Shown: positions 37,201 to 49,200 of the stretch, piece by piece | Layout: the number at the start of each line of letters is the position of its first letter | Numbering within the stretch: the first letter of the stretch is position 1 | NCBI GenBank assembly: GCA_034780895.1 | Contig: JAUZTB010000118.1 | Location: forward strand, 49,426,348 to 49,490,347 | Direction: 5' to 3' | DNA from: Rhynchobatus australiae | Lineage: Eukaryota | DNA length: 64,000 bases | Program-made: the position numbers and the translations under genes | The notes under the pieces: generated by a model | What the model was told of the DNA's origin: nothing | The model's database searches: none | The model's input: only the letters and a program-made list of their open reading frames with translations

Positions 37201-40200
37201 TTCCATTTTAAGGAACACAAAGCTTGGTTAAGTAACCACTCCAGCTCTATAATCCACCAGCAAGCAAGCTACATAATTTTGAATTGACAGTGGTACAGGC
37301 TTTGCAGCAATTAGTTGCACAAAATATCAAAATGAGAGACAAGTCTTCAAAGATTTATCATGACACTTTCCTTCATCTTATTCTGATTGCTTTTACAGAG
37401 GGTTCTAGAAGTGAATACAATTTCAGGAAGCTAATATATGGTGGAAATAGTTCAAAGTATATTATGTGACTCAACTCTTTAGTCCATTAGAGTTTTCATA
37501 TCAATTTGCATAAAAAAATAACTTGTTTCACAAATTTCATGCATGGGAAGATACTGTTTCCTAACCAACCACTTTGTGATTTACCAATTACTGTCATGTT
37601 GCATTTTTTTTTCACCCCTGAAGTGGGCCAGAGCCTGAGGGGACCCAATTTTGTGCATCAACATCAGCATCCCAACGAACCACAGACTAGCAATGGATTG
37701 AGCTGGGCTGCTTTACAAAAAGTGTTAGTTATTTAGAGCCTGGCTAGCGGACTTGTGCCTAATGGCACTTGGGAATCAAAAGAAAAAGTCCACACCCTTG
37801 AGCTCAAGTCCAGTTTGGATCAGTCATGATCTGGCTGAATCTTTAATTTTATAACTAAAAGATCAGCATCGTGAGCAAAGCAAATCTGGCAAAGGGAAGT
37901 TTGTTTAATAATCAGTCTGATGCTATTATCATTCAGAACCTCAAAACTGGAGTGTTAATATTGAGACTAATAATATCAATATAAAATGCATGCACAAAAA
38001 AAATCAGGACAGTAAATTTAAGTGGTTTATAAATTAGCTTTGGTATTTCAAGCAATTAAAACAGCTCTTCAAGACATTCTAGTTTGAAAAATAATTTATA
38101 TTCCTTGGTTCTACAGCACAACATTGTTGTATATACCACATGAGATGTGGGATTGTGCTGTATTGTTCTATGGTTCCATGAAATAGAATGTCTTTGCCAA
38201 ATGAACATTCAGGCCAAATAAATATGACCAAAAATTTACAATGCAAGCATAGACATCAAAATACAACCAGGTTTAAAGTTAGTGTTGCTATGCAAGACAC
38301 TCAAAATGCTATTAGTTAACATTTTAATGTCTACTAACGTCTAAATTTTAAGGTTAAATAGAATACTCCTTACCCTGCAACTTCTTAAAAAAGATTTAAG
38401 ATTATCTACTTAAATTGTAATGTATTAAAAAAATTACAACTATTAGGAAAACATTTCCAACAGTCTTCAATGTTATTGAGCTACAAAACCCTCCACGATC
38501 CACACGTCTATCAATAAATTAGGAAGGATCTGAAAACAGTCACTTGGATTAGAATTGGTCAAAGTTTTCTATCACATTAGTAGTCAAGCAAAAAATATCA
38601 AACCAGACAATTACCAATATAACTTGTTTTTTTTCCCCAAAATGGAGATGATGTCATCAGTATAAAATTTTTAAAAAGCTCCATAAGAGTAAATATGGTA
38701 TTGAGACAAATGTGAAATTAGCAGCTGTTTACTCTAAGGTTGGGGCACCATTTCTCTTGAGGAAATCAGCAAACACCTCCATTTCTCTGGTAACTGGCTT
38801 CAGAGGATTATTTAAAGATTCAGTGTTGCAGTCACTCATAACATTTAAAACCTAACCACAACCTTAAAATGCTGCATCTCTGTTTGTGCAGCTGCAACAG
38901 CAAGCAAAGTTGTTTTATGTGCAGTCAGTGATGTAAAGACTAGAATTTTTGGACAACTATAATTCAGATACTTGGACTTATTTTAAGCAACAAATCAAAA
39001 ATTATCTGAAGAACTGCATAAAGTTGACAAAAAGGGAAAATGTAAGAAACGCAAAATTCTTCTGTTTAAAAGAGAACTCTCCATCAAGAGGTCTGCGGCA
39101 GTGGTGGTGTAGGGGTACAAGAGTCCAGAGCTGCTCCTTGCTGTTTAACAGCTCCCTTGTCAAAGTGGCTAATAAAACTGGCAGAATATTTGGAGAACAG
39201 TTCCCTCACATTATATCCACCACATCCCCCGACCCCCTTATTACACCTGATTTTGTAGCCTTTTTGGCTTATTTTTCTGCTAACTCCACCAAGGATCAGG
39301 GAGTGTAACAACTGAAAAATCTACTTATACGTACAAGAGTTCTGCTTCAGGCCTTTCAAAGAAAATATTGTTGCAGCTATATTTCCTGAAGGTAAATTAA
39401 TCAGGTAAAAATCAGATGACTTGCCAAGTTAAAGCTGAAGGACAGAATAGCCAAACTCTTGGCAGTTATCTTTCTGTGAATTTCGTTGTAATTGCTATGC
39501 TTCCTGGCTGCCAAAATTACGAGGTGAAGATCAGGGAGGAGCGAAACTAAAAATTAAGCAACTCCAAATCACCCCAAGAGAAAATCAATGTTATTCTTTT
39601 AAAACGAGCTTCTTGTACTGGGCTGAATGGTACTTAAAAACTTGTGGATACATTGCTGCTGAAACAAAACAGCAAAATACTGTCATCTATTCTCTTTTGC
39701 CTCATGGGAAACTGAAGGTTGAGTTTGCATCTGTGGATCTTGCAAGAACTGTAGAAAGAACTGGTTAACATACCATTTCTCAATGAAGGCATTTATACAA
39801 GTTGCAGTTGAATTTTGGTTTTAACTTTTGAAACCCAGACACCAATGCATAGTTATGTTTTAAAATATAGAGCTATGGCTTTGGAACTAAATTTTCAAAT
39901 GCAGAATTGGCCATTTGAATTATAGTTTACATACAGACTTCTCTGCTGAAAAGATTTGGCATCTAACAGACAATCAATCAATTTCTCATTGTTAAACTTG
40001 CTCTCATGCTATATTGCTAGCCATTTTGTTCTTTGATCTTGTACTACCATGAGTAATGCCCACAAGATCTTTCTTGCTCCTTTAAGCTCCAGTCCTCCTT
40101 TATTTCAACATGGTTAAATAAGGTGGCAATGCTTCTTCAACTTGGGCTCTTTCAGGACCTCAAAACTTAGGAAACTCCCTTACTACTTTTCCTTCCTCAT

Positions 40201-43200
40201 GTAATCCTTTAAAACACAAGCCTCCAATTGAAATCACACATTTCCTGATTTTCATTGACCTTTTACATCTTTTCCAATCACGGTGGTATCCCACAAAAAG
40301 AAACAGATCCTTAATTTGTTTCATCACTTTAAAAAGTTACTTGCTGGAAAATTATAGATTAAAAGTTGCAATTTTGGTTTCATATGTGCAATCTGTACAG
40401 ACCATAACTCCATGCAAACTTAGCTAGCAGATTTGAGCTTTTTGTATAAGAACTTAACAAACCATACCATACATGAGAAACAAATCATCTAGAGTACAAC
40501 TTAAAATGCAATATATTCTTCTGACAATAATTTAAGCGCTATTCAAACAAACAGAGTCAGAAGATAGAAGTTGCCTCAAATCTGGCATTTTTGATTCTTA
40601 TTGCTGAGGCAACACTAATATGTCAGTACAGTGTGTTCATAAATACAAGGCTCAAAACAGTCTGAGTGGTCTTGTTTAGTGCCAATACAAAGCGAAAAAT
40701 AATTCTGCTTAGACTAAATGAGGTGTGATTAGATCTTAGTGTACCAATTTTTTTCCCCCCCAAGTACTCAGTGTTTATGAGTAAATATGGTATCTGAAAA
40801 AAAAGTGCATTGTTTCTCCATTAGAGAGAGAGGCAGAAAGAAAAGGATGATATATCCAAAAACACATTGCTAGATTGCTGGTTGAGTAGTGATACAACCA
40901 CCTCTCACTCAATGTCAGCAAAATTAAAAAAAAGTTGGTTGTTGTCTTCAGGAAGGGAAATGAGGGTGAACAGGCATCTGTCTACATTAGAGATTTGGCA
41001 GTAGAGAGTCAGCAGCTTTAAGTTACTGGGCATTAACATATCAGTTGACCTGTCCTGAGCCCAGCACATAGATGCAATCATAAGTGTGCCAACATCTTTA
41101 CTTTTAGTTTGAGGTTCAGCTTGTCACTGAACACTAACAAACTTCTACAGATGTACTGTTGAAAGTATCCTGAACTGTTGTATCATGGTCTGGTACAGCA
41201 TTTCAAATGTGCAGGAATGCAAGAAACTGCAGAGAGTAGTGGACTCTGCCCTATACAATGACAGGCACATACCTCCCCACCATTGGTAGTATTTACAGGA
41301 GGCAATGCCTCAACAAGGCAACATCCAAACATCCCCACCACCTGGGCCATGCCATCTTTTCAGTTACCGTCAGACAGGAAGTACAGAAGCCTGAAGTCCC
41401 ACACCACCAGGTTCAAGAACTACTTCCCTTCAACCAGTCGCTTCTTGAACCGACCAGCAAAACCCTAAGAAAACTGCAATTAACTAACTTGACACTGAAT
41501 TGCAATGAAGTATGTGTTAAATTTTGAGAATGTTTCATCAAAATTTGATCAGTAAATACCACCTCCTTTAACTGCATTTGATCACAAAGGCACAAATAAC
41601 ATTCAAATATTGGCCCAATCAAAGTCTTCAACTCACTGAACATAACCAGCGCATGCCAAGTTTGGAAGATAAGCAACTTGTCAGAAATTTTCAGCAGCAC
41701 ATGTAGCATCTACAGGAGAGAAAAATAATGCTAATGTGCTGCCCGATTGCCGAGTATTTTCTGAATTGTGGGTTTTTGTTTTAGACTTCCAGCAATAATT
41801 CTGTTTTGATTTGGTGGGTATTCAAATTCATGAAAGGCCTAGCCAAAGTGAACTGGCAATGGATGGAGAACCAGAAGTGATAGGGTTAAAGTAATTAACA
41901 AACAAGCAGGGATAATGAGCATCTTCTTCCACACAGCAAGTAGTCACAATCTGGAATTCATTGTTGGAATGTGCGGTCATAGTAGATTGAGACATTACCA
42001 AAATGGGACTGGGTAGATATTAGGAGGAAAATATATTACAGGGCTACCAGGAAAGAGCTGGGGAACAGGATGGACAACTGCTCTGTAAGGCACTAGTGGA
42101 GAGAGAGCAAATGGTTTCCATTTACACTGTAATGGTTCTATATTCATCTTGTACGTACGATAGCAAACTGAATTAAAATTTGCAAGGCACACTAAGTTCT
42201 ATTACAAGGACACTGTAAATTTAAGAATTGTTTATTAGCTAGTTTGAATTGTAGTTTATTCAATTACGTGCTGGTGCAAATCAGAATGACTTTTTTTTTT
42301 AACATCAATATAACTGATCCTAAACAGCTACACATCATTCACTTACTAGTTCTAAACCACTCTCAAATAATATTGTACCCTAGAAAAAATGTGCACGCAC
42401 ACCACAGGAATAAAACCAAGCATGATGTTAATGGGTGGCTAGAGGTGAAAACAATAAAAGATTTAGACACAAAAATAAACCCTTCACAGAATCAAAACTG
42501 AGTGTTTTAAAAAAAAAGTCTGACTAATCAGATCCCCTGTTCACATAAAACACTTTTATAAAACCCTCTGCCTCCCTGCACAAAGTGCATGGTTCAATTT
42601 CCAAACAGGACTTAAATACTGAAGTCCAATTTTTAAAAAATTGTGTAATTAAAAACCAAAACTAACTCATGAACAAAAATTCGATAGCTTCCACTAATTT
42701 GAGGTACATTTCAGAGGCAATTGTCACTCAGGAACAAAATATACACATTTCATTTGGATCTTGCTACTCCACAGTCCCACCAATGAGGTATTACTTTAAC
42801 AAATCTACAACACCTTTACTACTCTAGCTAAAAGGTTAGAGCAATTTTAACAGATTCTACAAGTCGTTCAACTGCTTGACCTTGGTTTCATGAAGTGCTC
42901 TTCTAATTGTAGCGGGGGAGAAATATCAGCTGACTTTACTCCATCGTGAATATCTATGATTAAACTATTGAAAAATACTGAATATTAAATTAATAAAGTT
43001 TGGAAATCCTTCAATGTTTTATTCCAATGGAAAACATCATGTGGGTCCAATAATCAAACTTAGTGCTGCAACATTAGGTACAAGAGTATGAAATTATTCA
43101 GTTTTTCTGCTTTCATCTAGAAGGATCAGCTACTCTCCAGGGACATAACCAATGCTGCATCTATTTTCACTCTATCTGCTCAGATAAACCCAAATGCAAG

Positions 43201-46200
43201 TTTCTACAACTTAAAACTAATGATACTTATTCTCAATGAATAGTGTCACAAGGATGAATTAACAGCTAAGACACAGTTAATCCCAACAGTAACTTTGTTA
43301 CTGTTGGCTTGTTTTTCTGTTGTAGGCTGTGCAAATTGACCAAGAGAGAAAGCCCAGTAGGGAAAGACAGCAAATAAAGGAAAATAGAATTTGAACAAAG
43401 CCAGTATGGAATTTTACGTTAAATACTCAAGGTTGAACAATCTTCACATTATATAAAGAGCCTGTTAACCCTAAACAGGCTGCCCAAACAGTTTCAGTTT
43501 GCAATAGATTTTCTAGTGAAAATAACTTGTGCTTAGTTTGAATTTTTTTTGTTTAAAAAGACTTTATTAAAACTGTGGCCAAAGGAAACAAATGTCAACA
43601 AAGGATAAACAAGCACCTTAAACGCTTCTCACAGTAAGGAGTCAGAACATTCAATTAGATAAGATCTTTATCAGTCACATGTACATCGAAACAGTGAAAT
43701 GCATCTTTTGCGTAGAGTGTTCTGGGGGCAGCCCACAAGTGTCGCCACGCTTCCAGCACCAACATAGCATGCCCACAACTTCCTAACCCGTACGTCTTTG
43801 GAATGTGGGACGAAACTAGAGCACCCAGAGGAAACCCACGCAGACACAGGGAGAATGTAAAATCTCCTTACAGACAGTGGCTGGAATTGAACCCGGGTCG
43901 CTGGTGCTGTAATAGTGTTATGCTAACTGCTGCACTACTGTGCTTGAAACTCTCTTGCTCAAAGCATGGTGGAAGCAGCATCTGTGATTATTTTTAAGGC
44001 AGAGGTAGATGGAGACTTGATACGCAAGGGGGTGAAAGGTTACTGGGGGTAGATGGGAATGTGGAGTTCAGAGTACAATCATGTCAGCCATGATCTATTT
44101 AGATGATGGAGTAGGTTTGGCGGAGAGGGGCAAGTAGTTTGTAAGTTTGGGGGTAGGTATGTTCATGTGTTCAAAGATCTCAATTATCTGGTATTCCTGG
44201 AGTTGGCCTCAACTCAAAGTCATGGATTGGAAGATACAGGCTTGGAATCATGACATCTCTTTGGTGGTATTGATTTTCAGTTGACCAGAACCGACCTGCT
44301 TCCTATATCCATGCCTTTCCGTGGCTAAGTGATGAATTGAAAGAATTTGGATCAACTGAAAGAATTTGGATAAAGACCAGATATCCAAAGACTTAATCAA
44401 AAAGGCCTTTGGTCTTTTCAAAAGATAGATGAAAGGAAGAATAGGTTTCCTTTCCATTAGTATTGTGTTGGTATAATGATATTGGCTGTGGAAATGCTTG
44501 TCATGACTTACAGCCTTTCAACATAACGATGAAGACAAGGTTATAATGGGAAAAAGATAATCGGTTTGACAGGAGAGGCTGTGTATTGAAATGGTTCAGT
44601 GATACACCAATAGACCACGTGGAGGGCTCAGATTATTGAAGCCCTCAATTCCAATCATTTACAGATTGGGAGATCTCAGTAATGAAGAGCCTTATCCACA
44701 GGAAGTGAGGGGAGCTAACTGCAGTGCTGTGAACAGTAGAACACTCTATGACCTACACTGAAACCTTTACTGGCTCATAACAAAAACTGTTTTCAGATTT
44801 CACAGGTAGTGAAATGGGCAACTATTGAGCAGATTATTTTGCAAAGTGAATATTGAGCAAAAAAATGGGTAGATTAGGAGAATGATTTTGAAACGTATGA
44901 TACATAAAATATTCTCCAAAGTACAGGAAGAAGTCTGGTTTTGGAATGTTATTTGCTTCAGTCATTAATTGGAGGATTTTCCAGAGATTTGGAGACAATT
45001 AGACAATGATACTGACACAGAAGAAAGCCATTCTGCCCACTTAGGCCATGACAGCTCTTTGTAAAGCAATTGCTAGTTTCATTCATAGAAGCAGCACTGT
45101 CGAAAAATAGGAGCAGGAGTAGACCATTCAGCCCTTTGAGATTGCTCCACCATTCATCACTATCATGGTTGATCCTCTGTCTCAATATCATATTGCTGCT
45201 CTCTCTCCATACCCCTTGATGCCTCTTGTGTCTTAGAAATCTATCCACCTCCTTGTTAAATACATTCAGTGACTTGGCCTCCACTGCCTTCTATGGTAGA
45301 GAATTCCACAGGGGCACCAGCTCTGAGTGAAGAAAGTGCTCCTCATCTCAGTCCTGAATGTTTTACTCTGTAACTTACCAACTGGCAGGTCTTTGAGATG
45401 TGGGGGGAAACGGGAACACTCAGAGGAAACCAAAGCAGTCACAGGAAGAATGTGCAAACTCCACAAAGAGAGCACCGGAGGCTCTGCCTCTCATTCTAGG
45501 CCACTGCTCCAACCAGGGAAACATCCTCCCTACATTTCAATCTGTTGAGGCCTGTCAGAATTTTGTACATTTCAATGAGATCTCCTCTCATCCTTCTAAA
45601 CTCTGGTGAATACAGGCCTAGTCTGCTCGATCTCTCCTAATACAACAGTCCCCATACCCAGGAATTGGTCTGGTAAAGCTTTGTTGAACTAACTGTTGAA
45701 AACATTCCAGATCTCTTCTGAGATAACAGTGCACTTCAACAGTTAAATATTCAGTGGACAACAGCTGGTGTTTTACCTGAATATTCATTGGCAGAGAAGA
45801 AGGCCCGTTCGTTAGTACGGATGTTCGTAAGTCAGGCGTTCGTAAGTAGGGGACTGCTTGTACAATGTTTCAGACATTTGGACAGGTACATGGATAGGAA
45901 AGGTTCAGAGGGATATGGGCCAAATGCAGGCAAATGGGAATAAGTTAGGAAGGCACCTTGGTCAGCATGGACGAGTTGGGCTGAAGGGCCTGTTTCTGGG
46001 TTGTATAACTCTATAACTCTACATCTCATGTTGCTTTAGGAAATTTGTGCCACTACAATACGCAGTTGTACAGCAGCTCTCAAATTACTTTCGAGCAGCA
46101 CCTCAGCAATTTACCAACGTATGCTGAAGAATTCATTTGTTGTGTTTCTGTACAATTTTGGAGCTTAAAAATAGCACTGAAGCAGAGAAATTATCTGTTC

Positions 46201-49200
46201 CATCCTCTGCCTTGCTTCCAGTAATTGTACTGAAGTCACAAACACAGGGCTCGTTTAATTCTTTAAAAAGTTCTTTGAATGCTCAGATTGAAATTGTGTG
46301 CACAGACCTTAGAAAACAATAGGCGCAAACTACGGCTGAGTTACAATCTTGCAAAGCATGGCTTGTTTGAGTTTGATTGGTGCAGGTCTGCAAGGAAAGC
46401 AGCTGAGGCACAGGGACTGCAGTCACCAGCTGGGGCTCGGCCTTCCAGTAAAACAGAAGTGAGTGGCACAGAAGACACCTGTGTCTCCCAAACATAATGG
46501 ACCTTGAAATATTGGTATCACTGTGCTCCCAGTGTGAAGAGTATAGAACGTGAACAATCTGAGTCAGGATTGGATGCTTGATTCCCTTACTGACTACAAC
46601 CCTATCTTGAAGTTTCAAATTTAAGTTTATTATCAGTATATTTAAGTTTAACCTCTCTGTCTTGGACTTAAACATACACAAGGATTCTGCCCCCACAACT
46701 TTCTGTGCAAAGGTTCCAAAGACTGAACCCTCCAAAAGAAGTTCTTCTTCCTCTCAGGTTTAATTGGGTATCCTCTTATTCTGAGACCATTCCCTCTGGT
46801 TCTGAACTCCCGTGACAGTAAACATCTATGCAGCATTAACCCTGTCTAGCCCTTATATGTTTCAATAAGATCGTCCCATCCTATAGTATCCCAGCCCAAC
46901 ACAGTCCATCACTTCCAATCCAATCCCATTTCACCACCTCCTTTCCCATTCAATTCCATCCAAGCACTTCCCATTCTATCCCACCATGTCTCATTCTATC
47001 AAAGCCCACCCCATACCATCCCACTACATCCTATCCCATTCTGTACCACAATATATCCCAATATCATATAAAACCATATCCCGTCCCAGCACAACCCTAC
47101 CCATTGCATTCCATCCCATCCCATTCCATTCCACCACATCCCCCACTACCACATTCCATCACATTATCCCATTCCATCCCTTCAGAACCCATCTGGCCAT
47201 ACCTCACTTCACCACACATTGTGCAGAAGCATTAAATCTTGTAGCCACCTCTGCAATTTACCCAGAAAGTGTTTATAATTAAACAATTCCTATATTACGG
47301 GACTGACGATACTTAATTGGCTGTAAAAGGCACTCAGGAGTTCTGACATGTGAGAGATGCTAATTAAATACAAGATTTTCCTTCAGTAAAGGAGAAGCCA
47401 ATTCTTCCCATTTCATGTATTTAGAAGGTGGATGTAAAACTGAGGAGGAGGAGTGATTTAATGATCTGCCAGTTCACCATCGCTCAGTCCCACCCTCCAA
47501 ACCACACTGACTCCCATTACAGGGCACGTGGGCTTCCCCTACTCATCTGTGTATCCTTCTCGGTGTGGTGTTTCTGATTCAATGCTCCTGGAAGATGGCA
47601 AGTAAGTACATGAAAGGGTGAAAGTGCTCACGTACTGCCTCACATGTATCACCCTGGGCCATCACAGGGAAGGGATGCTGGGTTTCTGGACCTGCACAAA
47701 GCTGGCAGGAGTGAAATGTGCTGCCTAATACTTGATGGATATACAGCAATGACTGGGTGTCCCTTCTTGCTGCAGGATGCCTGCACTCTCTCATCTGCAC
47801 AGTCACCAACATCAGGATCATCTTGTTGCTACAGCACCAATTAATCCAAAGGAACATGACCTCATCCCTCCCAATATCATCAGAGTGGAAGTCAACACTT
47901 CATTGTGGTTCCCTTGCACACACCACCTGGCCCTCATTGACTTCTGTGTCACTAAACTCTGCTACAAAATAACTTCAAAAAACAGCATTACGTTGTACTA
48001 TGCCAAGTATGTCTTCCACTTGCTTATTCCAGTTTATGCTTTGATTAGCATCTTTGACAGCTGAGGCTGTGCATGGAGTGCAGAGTCCTGGCAGTGAAGG
48101 GAATGACCCCCTGCAAGTTCTGATGGAAGTGACAAGGAGAGGGTGCACAAAGGTAGTAGTGTCCAAGGGGTGGCAATCACCCGACACCACCAGTTAATGA
48201 CCAGACACCTAAAGTGCCTCCTTTGGTGCACATGCTCTATAGTAAACTCTGATAATCTGATTATTCAGAAATCCCAATGGATTGGCATCTGCTGCACAGA
48301 GTGAGTGGAAACCTACCAGGGCCCCATTTATAATGTGGCCTTCAAACTCATGGGGAACTCCATTTCCATACTCCCATTAAACTCACTGGGACCCCATTTC
48401 CATACTCCTTTTAATCTCACTGGGACCCAATTTCCCACACTCCCTTTAAACTCACTACAGTCCCATTTCCCATGCTCCCTTTAAACTCATTGGGTTCACC
48501 GGAAAATTATTATACTACTGGGTAACATCAAAAAAAAACTTGAAGTGTTTTGGGGTATTACCCGGAATATCATCCAATCATCTGGGTAATCTGCCAGTCC
48601 AGCATTTCCAAAGACCATTCACTACCCTTTGAGATTCAACAACATGACCCTTGCTGAGTTATTCACCATTGACACTGGGGAGATCACTGTTGACCAGAAC
48701 TTCAACTGGACCAGCCACATACGGGAGTAACTCACCTCCTGACAGCCCAAAGCCTTTACATCACCCACAAAGTACAAGTCAGGAGCACGATGGAATACTC
48801 TTCACTCGACTGGATGAATGCAACTTCAACAGTGCTCAAGAAGCTTGACATCATCCAGAACAAAGCAGCCCATCCACCACCCTAAACGGCATACCCTCCA
48901 CCTTCTGCCATTTGTTACATCTGCAAGGTTCTCCTGAACAACTTGCCAAGGCTTCTTCATGTACAAATCCCAAGTCCATGACCTTTACCAGCATGAAGGT
49001 CAAGGGGAGCAGCAGCACGGGAACACCAGCCCCTCCTCCTTCCCCCCACCATCTTGATGTAGAAGCATATCATCATCAGGACTAGGCCTAAATCCCAGAA
49101 CACCCTCCCCAACATCACCATGAGAATATTTGCAACACCCAGACAGGAGTCGTTCAAGAAGGCTGCTAACCACCATCTTTCCAAGGGCAATTAAAATGGT

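Noticed and set aside
48344-48494. Regularly spaced repeats resembling a CRISPR array
   Set aside because: Contiguous tandem units without unique spacers, in a vertebrate genome
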